From: an uncultured bacterium
GTDB lineage: Bacteria; Babelota; Babeliae; Babelales; RVW-14
Direction of reading: 5' to 3'
NCBI GenBank assembly: GCA_963759805.1
Contig: CAVXAT010000001.1
Location: 96,001 to 160,000, forward strand
Length of the DNA: 64,000 nucleotides
The position numbers and the translations under genes were made by a program. This document shows, in pieces, positions 30,188 to 38,504 of the stretch (positions are counted from its first letter, which is position 1; each line of letters begins with the position of its first letter). The notes under the pieces were generated by a model. It did not search any database. It saw only the letters and a list, made by a program, of their open reading frames with translations, and was not told where the DNA came from.

Positions 30188-31846
30188 ATGTTGTTAAGAT
30201 TTAGAAAATTATGTATTACAGTAGTTTCTCTTTGCGTGATATCTACTTTCACTCAAAGTGCTCTTGCCATGGAAGAAGGAGGTTCTTCACAACAAGATCC
30301 GCTCAGTCGCATTAATTATCGCGATGCGTTTGATCAAAAGAAAATACACAAAAAATTTGAATGGCTCATGCGCGAGCTTGGTTGTGCCGAAAACGTTTTT
30401 GGTCCAGACGATTCTTCTGCAATAGTGATTGATATACGTGACGATAAATCACTACAACCATCTTGTACCCAAAGCTCTTGGGAGTTTTTGCGTCGATTGG
30501 CGTTAGAACTTACCCTGCAAGATCCTGATCAATCACCTTATTTAACTCAACAAGATTATGAAAGGGCGTGCGTTAATTGTCTTCAAGCAGCAAGGCGTTG
30601 GGCAATTACTGAGCCGGCAAGAGAATCAATGACATTAATGGGGTTAATGGGCTGTGCCGTAGCCGCAATAAAAAAGATGGTTGGGCCCGAATCAATGGGG
30701 GGAAGTTTTGGTATTTTCACGGGACTCTTCAATGCTGCATTTTTATGTCGCCCTTGCATTCGTTCATGTTACAACTGGCAGTGGCCACCGGCACATCCCC
30801 TCAACGATCTGGAAGGGCGCTTTGCTAAAAATCAGTGTTTCATTCCAAAGGCTCTATGGCGTGTAATTATTGAAAAATTCATGATCGCAAGAAACAATCA
30901 ATTTCAACAACGAGAATGTACGGATTTTATTGAATTTGCACTTGGCCTTACGACCTATAAACCAAAACCTGAGATAAAAATTGATGGTCATCCGGTTGAT
31001 GAGCATTCAGTTACTCGGGCTATGGAAATATTGTCCCCCCAAATCGATCAATTTTTTGCTGATTATGAAGATCAAGAGGATGGCGGTAAATCTATCTTGT
31101 TTATTAAACTTAATGTTTACAAATTCTTGCAGGTTCTTGTAGGCAAGACAGATGAAGCTCCTCGCTATATTCATCTTCATGGACCGGGAGGCATAGGAAA
31201 AACTCACTTCGTTTATAAGCTATCCGAATGGATAAACAAAATTATTCCAAACAGTATTCGTTTCGAAGATTTGGTTATCACCTCTGCTGAAGAATTAGAA
31301 GGCAGCGTAAACCGTCCGGGAGCTATTTTACGCGTTTTACGTAATCAAGTGATAGAAGATAAAAGGGGCTCGATTGTTTTTATGGATGAAGCAACATGGC
31401 TGAACCGTGAAGATATGATTAGCCCTGCAAAGCGTGTTTTTAACGGCAATCTTGCCAACTTGTCAACTGCTTATTTTGGAGGAGGCATAGAAGGGGCTGG
31501 TATTAAACTTAAGCTACCGCCGATGCTTATTTTTGTTGCAAGCAACGAGGAAATAAAGGATGCTGCGTTAAAAAGTCGTTTTGATACAATTTTATTTCCA
31601 TCACCTACTCAACAAACTCTAACATGCCATGCTCAGGAAATTGTACGAGAGAACGGATTTTTGAGGAGTCAAAACCTTGCGGATAAAACAATTGATATTG
31701 CACAATTAACGGCTGACTTTATACGAGAAGAAGAGATTAAAAACTTTCGTGAAGTGAAATCAAAAATTATACCGTTCATTCTTTCAAAAATTCGTGCAAG
31801 ACAGCAGCTTGTTGTTGAAAGAAAATCAAGCTTTGACTTTTTATAA
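30188..31846 (+). CDS. Signal-peptide-bearing AAA+ ATPase
   Basis: GGAGG RBS before ATG 30188; signal ending SALAM; Walker A GPGGIGKT, Walker B IVFMDE, FVASN, ALKSRF arginine finger. Confidence 0.8.
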   Translation: MLLRFRKLCITVVSLCVISTFTQSALAMEEGGSSQQDPLSRINYRDAFDQKKIHKKFEWLMRELGCAENVFGPDDSSAIVIDIRDDKSLQPSCTQSSWEFLRRLALELTLQDPDQSPYLTQQDYERACVNCLQAARRWAITEPARESMTLMGLMGCAVAAIKKMVGPESMGGSFGIFTGLFNAAFLCRPCIRSCYNWQWPPAHPLNDLEGRFAKNQCFIPKALWRVIIEKFMIARNNQFQQRECTDFIEFALGLTTYKPKPEIKIDGHPVDEHSVTRAMEILSPQIDQFFADYEDQEDGGKSILFIKLNVYKFLQVLVGKTDEAPRYIHLHGPGGIGKTHFVYKLSEWINKIIPNSIRFEDLVITSAEELEGSVNRPGAILRVLRNQVIEDKRGSIVFMDEATWLNREDMISPAKRVFNGNLANLSTAYFGGGIEGAGIKLKLPPMLIFVASNEEIKDAALKSRFDTILFPSPTQQTLTCHAQEIVRENGFLRSQNLADKTIDIAQLTADFIREEEIKNFREVKSKIIPFILSKIRARQQLVVERKSSFDFL

Positions 31847-31920
31847 AAAAGCGTGAGTGTAAATTTTACAAAAACGTGAGATATATTTTTAATTAACTAT
31901 TTTTTAAATGTGAGGTTTTT

Positions 31921-34900
31921 ATGAACAAGATGTTATCGTTTGTTGTGCTTTCTCTTGCGGTGAGTGCAACTTCTTTTGATGGAGTCTATGCCGGTCGTAC
32001 CGGACCAACAAGACAAGAAGCAGCGCAAGCGCGCAGAGTTGCGGTAAAACAGGCACATAGACAGGCTGCCCTGTTTGCGCGATTACCGCATGAAACAGCA
32101 CAAGGTACACCGCAGATTGCGAATGCACCTTCTTTTGATCGTGTTGCGCAAGAACAGTTATGTAGACAACTTGATTCGTTCGAACAACTATCAACTCAAG
32201 CTTCCCATGACACATCGCATATGCCGCATACAAGGACAACCCGTACTTTGCATATTAATCGGAAATTGGCCTACATGTTGCTTGCCTGTTTACTTATTCA
32301 ATCTGCACAAGCGGGTCCATTGGATGGCAAAATAAAACCATTGGCTGAACTAAGTGAGCAGGTAAAACAGGCCTATAATGAAGTTAAGAGCGAATACCCA
32401 GAAGCAACACACTATACGGAATTGGGTACCAAAATACTTACTAAGGCCGGAATTGGTGCCGTTGTTGGGTCAGTAGTTCCTGGTGTTGGTACCTTTACTG
32501 GTGCCGGACTTGGAGCAGCAGAGGCAATCGCACAAGAGGCACAAGCAAAAGCTATAAACAACTTTATACATGACATAGCCGGCCCAGAAGGGGAAGCAAC
32601 GATAGCTCACTACGCCGACAAGATAAGTCAGGGTGTCAACAGGCTTGGAGCCAAAGGGCTCATGGCGTTAGATAGTACATTGGACGAGAAGCTAGCAACT
32701 GGCTTTAGTGGTGATCTTGCTGAAGTAGTGTCTGAGGTTAGTTCTCTCAATTCATTTACTAAAGAGTTTTCTGAGCATACCAGTGGAATAAAACATACGT
32801 TGGGTGAAATAAAAGATGCTTTGAAAGCTGAAATAAAAGAGACAGGCGCAGAAACGGGTACACCTCAATCATTTTCTTCAGGCAATGCGTTTTCTTCAGG
32901 CAATGCTTTTTCCTCTGGAAACGCTTTTCAATCATTTTCCACAACAGGCATTCCTCAAACATTTCAACAGACATTTCAACAATCATTTTCTTCAGGCAAT
33001 GCGTTTTCTTCAGGCAATGCTTTTTCCTCTGGAAACGCTTTTCAATCATTTTCCACAACAGGCATTCCTCAAACATTTCAACAGACATTTCAACGCGCAA
33101 CTCCAACATCCAGTGATTTTGTAGGTGACGCAAAACGCTTTGTAGAACACCAAATGTATGAAGATTGGAAAGCTGAATCTTCAAGCCTTCATATACCACA
33201 CGTTCAGCATTTTTACATGCCTGATTCTGAAGCAACTCGTGCGGCTGACAATGCCCATATGAATGAACAGGCAGCACGAAGCTTTCATCAAAGATCTGCA
33301 CAGCCGTTAGCACCGTTTGGTTATATTCCAACTTATGCTGATTTTACAGCATGCATGAATTCAGCCGAATTTATATACAATAATAGAGAATTTTTTGCTC
33401 AGTTTGTAGCACTTGCTGAAAAATATAAGGCTCAGATTGGCGAAATTCATTTTCCGCCTGTTCCTAATTTAAATGGGAGGTGTGTATGTGAGTTAGATTT
33501 TTTTAAAAGTCGAGAAGAGAAAAAAAGGATAAATAATGCCGCTGTTGCAGAGTATAAGAATTTTATTGCAGAATTTGATAAACAGATTCAGGAACTTTAT
33601 AGACGCATAGATGAGTACAACGCGAAGGTAACGCGTGAGATAAATGAACACAACAAAAAGGTGAAGCAGCACAACGAAAAAATAAAAATGTATAACGAAG
33701 CTCTGGAAATTATAAGAGATATAAAAGGATTTATTGAAACAATTCATAATCCATATCCTTACGTTATAAAAATATTGAATGTTTTTTTAAAGAAAACTGC
33801 AGAAGAGTATTTTTCGCAATCATATGATGACATAAGGTTAGCTCATACAAATTTGAGAGTAACTAAAAAATTCATTGACCAGATCAATGAAAAAGATTCC
33901 ATTGGTTATTACAAATTTTCTGATTTAACTGTAGAAATTGACAAAGCAAAAATGAGCGAAAAATTTCTTGAACTGTTTAGAGGAAATACACGATCAATAA
34001 ACGTTGCTCGTTCTATAATATTAGAATTGATGTATGGAAAATATGGTGCAAAAATTAACAAGCAGGCTCAAGAACTTCTGACATTGCTCAATAAAGGGAA
34101 AATAACTCCCCCTGATTTGGCAACTTCGTTGACAGATCTTATCACAAAAGGGTTACCAACATATCGTGATTATAATTATATGCTTTCACACCTTAGTGAG
34201 TTAGGCGGTAGCTTTTTAAGAGCTGCGGCTATTCAACCAGGGATTGCCAAAATTAAAAAACAACAGTTTTTAGATGGGACACCGTCTCAAGTTGTATGTA
34301 CAGCAAAGGGCGTTTGTGGAATGGTTAATGATTGGATTACCTACATGGCTGTTACGAAAAGCGATATGGAAAAAACTCATAAATGGTTCATTGGACAAAC
34401 TTATCCGATAAACACAGCTCAAGATCTTTTAAGTTATATCATACGCCAAGGGAAATATGTTGGAGAACCTTACATACGTGAGGTCAGCGAAGCTGCAGAG
34501 GATTCGGATCTCGAACCTCTTACAACTGTTCGATCGTTAGACGGTGGTAAACAAGAGTCGCTGGCGGTTTTTAACTTTTTGGCCAAAGGCAACACTATAA
34601 AAGAAGACTATGATTCACGAACAGGTATGGCTTACAGAAGTGTTATTTTGTCTGACAAAACAAAAATTACCTATCATCCAACAACAAAAAATGGTGACGC
34701 TGTAATAGTTATAAGCGATATCCCTTCTTGGATTTTAGACGAAAAAATAGAGTTGCGATTTGCGCCACAAACAAAAGCTCCAACAACCCTTTCAGAATTA
34801 GCAAAGCAATTGGATGAAGAGAAGAAAAAACTACAAGAAGAGTTTTGCGAAGAATTTGAAAAGTTACCAGAAGAAGTGAAACGAAAATTATTGGATCTTC

Positions 34901-34923
34901 ATGATGAAATCGCCGGACTTTAG
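31921..34923 (+). CDS. Large secreted low-complexity protein with possible C-terminal toxin-like domain
   Basis: GAGG RBS, signal peptide, glycine-zipper GIGAVVGSVVPGVGTFTGAGLG, internal repeats, coiled coil. Confidence 0.75.
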   Translation: MNKMLSFVVLSLAVSATSFDGVYAGRTGPTRQEAAQARRVAVKQAHRQAALFARLPHETAQGTPQIANAPSFDRVAQEQLCRQLDSFEQLSTQASHDTSHMPHTRTTRTLHINRKLAYMLLACLLIQSAQAGPLDGKIKPLAELSEQVKQAYNEVKSEYPEATHYTELGTKILTKAGIGAVVGSVVPGVGTFTGAGLGAAEAIAQEAQAKAINNFIHDIAGPEGEATIAHYADKISQGVNRLGAKGLMALDSTLDEKLATGFSGDLAEVVSEVSSLNSFTKEFSEHTSGIKHTLGEIKDALKAEIKETGAETGTPQSFSSGNAFSSGNAFSSGNAFQSFSTTGIPQTFQQTFQQSFSSGNAFSSGNAFSSGNAFQSFSTTGIPQTFQQTFQRATPTSSDFVGDAKRFVEHQMYEDWKAESSSLHIPHVQHFYMPDSEATRAADNAHMNEQAARSFHQRSAQPLAPFGYIPTYADFTACMNSAEFIYNNREFFAQFVALAEKYKAQIGEIHFPPVPNLNGRCVCELDFFKSREEKKRINNAAVAEYKNFIAEFDKQIQELYRRIDEYNAKVTREINEHNKKVKQHNEKIKMYNEALEIIRDIKGFIETIHNPYPYVIKILNVFLKKTAEEYFSQSYDDIRLAHTNLRVTKKFIDQINEKDSIGYYKFSDLTVEIDKAKMSEKFLELFRGNTRSINVARSIILELMYGKYGAKINKQAQELLTLLNKGKITPPDLATSLTDLITKGLPTYRDYNYMLSHLSELGGSFLRAAAIQPGIAKIKKQQFLDGTPSQVVCTAKGVCGMVNDWITYMAVTKSDMEKTHKWFIGQTYPINTAQDLLSYIIRQGKYVGEPYIREVSEAAEDSDLEPLTTVRSLDGGKQESLAVFNFLAKGNTIKEDYDSRTGMAYRSVILSDKTKITYHPTTKNGDAVIVISDIPSWILDEKIELRFAPQTKAPTTLSELAKQLDEEKKKLQEEFCEEFEKLPEEVKRKLLDLHDEIAGL
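32866..33093 (+). repeat. Perfect in-frame 114-bp tandem duplication with internal SSGNAF units
   Basis: 32866-32979 equals 32980-33093. Confidence 0.9.
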
Positions 34924-34997
34924 GCGCGGTAATTAGAAGATTTAATTATTTAACCCAGGTGGGCGCATGCCCCGCAAGCTAAATTGAGGTCTAAAAC

Positions 34998-35516
34998 ATG
35001 AACACACTTACTAAATGGTCACTTGTACTGCTAGTTGCAATAGTTACCTTAATTAATGTGGCATTTGGCATGAAGCCAACTGAAGGCGCTAGCAGTTCGT
35101 CTGCGGCGGGAGATTCTTGCTCAATTTGCCAAGAATTACTTACAGCCGATGGCTCAGATTATCAACTGCCCCGCGGACTCAGATTAGCCCATGGAATCCC
35201 AAATGTCATAACTACCACATGTGGTCACACCTTTCATACACGCTGTATTCTTAGCTGGATAGTGAATGCCTTCGGAGGCTTTAACGCAGGCAGGCTCTGT
35301 CCTTTATGTAACAATAACGTTGCAATGCAGGGTCTTTATGATAGATGTGTTGTTCGCCCAACGCTATTGGCGCGGGCAAGTAGCCGATTAACTGAAGAAG
35401 CTAAAGAACGCATGCGAATTTGTCTTAAATCCGCATGTTGGAGTTTGGCATTATGCGTAATGCTTTTTCCAATTTTATATTTCCTGTTTATATATCCTCG
35501 GAGTTTATTCGTATGA
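34998..35516 (+). CDS. Secreted RING-H2 finger protein with C-terminal TM (putative E3 ligase effector)
   Basis: CSIC...CGHTFHTRC...CPLC; signal peptide; C-terminal hydrophobic helix. Confidence 0.82.
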   Translation: MNTLTKWSLVLLVAIVTLINVAFGMKPTEGASSSSAAGDSCSICQELLTADGSDYQLPRGLRLAHGIPNVITTTCGHTFHTRCILSWIVNAFGGFNAGRLCPLCNNNVAMQGLYDRCVVRPTLLARASSRLTEEAKERMRICLKSACWSLALCVMLFPILYFLFIYPRSLFV

Positions 35517-36355
35517 AGACATTTACTAAATGGTTGCTTGCGCTGTTTGTTGCAGCATTGACCTTAACCAACGCAGCATTTGGCATGAAGCCACAAGATG
35601 CTAGCAGTTCGTCTGCGCAGGCAGAGACTGGCCTGCAAACTACGTCACAAGAATGTGTTGAACAATCGGAGCCTTGCCCGATATGCCTAGAGGATTTAAA
35701 TGACGAACGGTTTTTTAGGGAAATGGGAATCCCTATTAATCTACACCAGTGGTTTCGACCTGTGAATAAAGTTCGGTCTGGTGTAACAACACCAGCGCTG
35801 GTGAAACAACATCCAAGTGATGGAAAAACACCAGGGGGTTTTCATAGAATCCATATGAACTGCTTGCAGCTGTTAATAAGAGAAAACTATTTTAAGTGTC
35901 CGGTTTGCCTAGCAACAATAGATCTCCCTCAAGAATATCTTGAAAATGTGTCGCTTGAAGCATTGCTCAAGATGTTTCAAGCCTACAGAAAAAAATATTC
36001 GGATGTTTCAACAAATCTTTTTTATTTACGTCCCGGCACCCGATTATTAAGTATATTTTTGGAAGTAGCATTTTCTTATGCACTTGTTGCTGCTCTCTTT
36101 ACGATTCATGAAGTTCATGGGGATATCGTAATGGTTGGGGTTCTTGCGGGGTATTTTCTCATTAGAATGTTATGGTTTCCTTCCCCGGAGCCGGAAGTTC
36201 TGGATAGCCGGTTATTGCCGAGGTTACGCTTGCAGTTGCCGGAGCTTGAAAGACAGTTGCCGGAACTTGAAAGGATATATAGAAGAATACGTGCTGTGCT
36301 TTTACGTCGTACTACAAGGCCAATTACAAATTTGTTTTATAAGAAGATTTTATAA
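35513..36355 (+). CDS. Secreted RING-like protein with two TMs
   Basis: ATGA overlap with upstream gene; CPICLE...HRIHMNC...CPVC; N-terminus similar to previous gene. Confidence 0.78.
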   Translation: MKTFTKWLLALFVAALTLTNAAFGMKPQDASSSSAQAETGLQTTSQECVEQSEPCPICLEDLNDERFFREMGIPINLHQWFRPVNKVRSGVTTPALVKQHPSDGKTPGGFHRIHMNCLQLLIRENYFKCPVCLATIDLPQEYLENVSLEALLKMFQAYRKKYSDVSTNLFYLRPGTRLLSIFLEVAFSYALVAALFTIHEVHGDIVMVGVLAGYFLIRMLWFPSPEPEVLDSRLLPRLRLQLPELERQLPELERIYRRIRAVLLRRTTRPITNLFYKKIL

Positions 36356-36826
36356 GGCCTTTCTAGCCGCAAAATCCTGCTGTTAAACGCAAAATGACGC
36401 CGTTACCGTCATAATGAGACTCAAAATGGAATTAGCGATGCCACTTTGCAATATTTAATCAAAAATAACGATGTATTGTGGTCTTTTGTTCAAGCAAATT
36501 TTCAACATGGACGATATTAATCTTCTTATTAAGGTTTTCAAAATTATTTGGCTGAGTCCTATTTTTAGGCTATTATGATTGAGTTGTTACAAATAGTTTG
36601 GCCTTAAATAAAATTTAGCGGGGCCGTTATGAAAGTTTTCGCAGTTATCATATAAGTTTCTAAGCATCAGTGGCTGCTGGCTGCTGTGCTAGAATACTTT
36701 CCCTTAATTTAGCCGGTGTCGTGAATATTTCACGAATACCTTTTTGTCATCCTGAATTTATTTTATAACTGTCCGAAGTGTTTTGTTATGCAGTTTTATA
36801 CCACAAAGTTAGCTTGCTTTGATCGA

Positions 36827-36863
36827 AGCCCTGTGTCATCCTGAACTCGTTTCAGGATCCATA
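36827..36863 (+). repeat. REP-like hairpin, left arm of perfect 37-bp inverted repeat
   Basis: AGCCCTGTGTCATCCTGAACTCGTTTCAGGATCCATA. Confidence 0.9.
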
Positions 36864-36933
36864 GATTAATAAGATTCCATCAGGGGTTTTTATACTATCA
36901 TTCAAAAAAAATAGCGCTAAAAAACATTATACC

Positions 36934-37233
36934 ATGAAAACATACGTTGTTTATATTCTTGCCAACAATCCACTAGGAACTTTGTACATTGGCGTTACCA
37001 ATGACTTAAAACGACGTATGAATGAACATAAACTTGGACTTGTTGATGGATTTACTAAAAAATACGGCTTAAAAAAATTGGTCTATGTGGAACAATTCAG
37101 ATACATTAATGATGCACTTACCAGAGAAAAGCAATTTAAGCGTTGGCATCGAGAGTGGAAAATTAATCTCATTTCAGAGCATAATCCGCAATGGGCCGAC
37201 TTGTATGAAATAATTTTTGGATCTGAAATATAA
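36934..37233 (+). CDS. Stand-alone GIY-YIG nuclease
   Basis: YVVYILAN...TLYIGVTNDLKRRMNEH...ALTREKQFKRW...NPQWADL. Confidence 0.93.
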   Translation: MKTYVVYILANNPLGTLYIGVTNDLKRRMNEHKLGLVDGFTKKYGLKKLVYVEQFRYINDALTREKQFKRWHREWKINLISEHNPQWADLYEIIFGSEI

Positions 37234-37248
37234 GGATTACATACAAAT

Positions 37249-37285
37249 TATGGATCCTGAAACGAGTTCAGGATGACACAGGGCT
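37249..37285 (-). repeat. REP-like hairpin, right arm of perfect 37-bp inverted repeat
   Basis: TATGGATCCTGAAACGAGTTCAGGATGACACAGGGCT, exact reverse complement of 36827-36863. Confidence 0.9.
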
Positions 37286-37461
37286 CTGGTGAAAGCAATC
37301 AGACACTTCGGACAGGTATGAACTTGATTCAGGATCTAATTCATATAATTTTATAGGAACAGTACAATGTTTTATGCTAATCGCATAGCATATTATTTTT
37401 ATGCATTTGTGTATGTATAACGTTAAACAGTTGTAAAACAAAGATTGAAAGAAAAAAAGAA

Positions 37462-38292
37462 ATGACGAAATCAAAAGAAGTTAAAAAGTCTGAGTGGTTG
37501 AACCATGTAAATGAGATAACAAATTCAAAGCCATCTGGCGTGTTTCAAACCAAAGATAAACATGGCAAGCCTGTAGTTTTGGAGTGGAAAAAGCTCACTG
37601 TACAATCGTCGGATTTTTCAAAAACAATGAAAAGTCTTTGTGGGATTGCGTGTGCTGCATACACACCAGTAGAAACACAATTTCTTGAGACGCATTCAGA
37701 CCCAAACGTACACGATGAATATTGCAAACCATTTGAAGTTCTCTTTAAAAACAGCCCGCAGGAGCCAGAATGGCAGAGTTTTAAGAATGCACTTAAAGCA
37801 AAAGACTGGCCAAAGGTTGAGGCGATGATGCCCCTGATTATTAAACAAATCTATATCATGGATTATTCAACGTTTGGTAGTAGCCCGGACCTACATTTTT
37901 TTGTAATGGCCAAAGATGGGGAAACAAAAACATTGCTTGGATTTATAGAATTCTTTATTACTCCAGCGTATGCATCTGGTGACATCAAATGCCCGAGCTT
38001 TGCCATAGTCCCGTCTGAACAAAATCGTGGGTTAGGTAAATTGCTTATGAGTTCGATATTTAAAATTGTACCAAGTGCATGTAAGCGAATTTTTCTTTCT
38101 ACGCGCATAACAAACACGACTGCGCAAACGGCTTATTGTGCCTGGGGATTTACCAAAGATGAAAACCCTATCCAAGAGCCATATTTCAAACAGAATCCAG
38201 AACACTGGATTTTTATGGAATATAAATTAGGGCAGACAGATAAGTTGCAAAAAACAGCTGCAACTTTAATTGATTTATCTTCTGGAAAGTAA
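37462..38292 (+). CDS. GNAT family N-acetyltransferase
   Basis: Acetyl-CoA motif IVPSEQNRGLGKLLM, NTTAQTAYCAWGF. Confidence 0.85.
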   Translation: MTKSKEVKKSEWLNHVNEITNSKPSGVFQTKDKHGKPVVLEWKKLTVQSSDFSKTMKSLCGIACAAYTPVETQFLETHSDPNVHDEYCKPFEVLFKNSPQEPEWQSFKNALKAKDWPKVEAMMPLIIKQIYIMDYSTFGSSPDLHFFVMAKDGETKTLLGFIEFFITPAYASGDIKCPSFAIVPSEQNRGLGKLLMSSIFKIVPSACKRIFLSTRITNTTAQTAYCAWGFTKDENPIQEPYFKQNPEHWIFMEYKLGQTDKLQKTAATLIDLSSGK

Positions 38293-38504
38293 TTTTGACA
38301 AAGTAAGTTGATAAAAGTGGGGCAGTGCTATGAAGTTAAGAGTAGTTGCCCCATGATTTTGTGTTGATTTGGAAGAAAACCATGGAGTTTATTGCGTCTA
38401 GGCAATAGCTTTACGTTACTGCGGATGCTATACTAAGCTCATCCGTTGCTCTCTGGGATTTTGGAGAGCAGGCCAAACGATAAACGTAAATTTTAGGAGA
38501 TGTT

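Larger units (their letters stand above)
36746..37337. mobile_element. REP palindrome split by a TIR-bounded cassette carrying a GIY-YIG nuclease
   Basis: GTCATCCTGAATTTATTTT | ATAACTGTCCGAAGTGT (36765-36781) ... ACACTTCGGACAGGTAT (37303-37319) | GAACTTGATTCAGGATCT. Confidence 0.78.

Noticed and set aside
37268..37474. 68-aa minus-strand ORF
   Set aside because: It runs through the REP and TIR (DPESSS peptide); repeat-derived.
38319..38470. Several short hairpins upstream of the AAA ATPase as a riboswitch/ncRNA
   Set aside because: No recognisable conserved RNA motif; stems are short.
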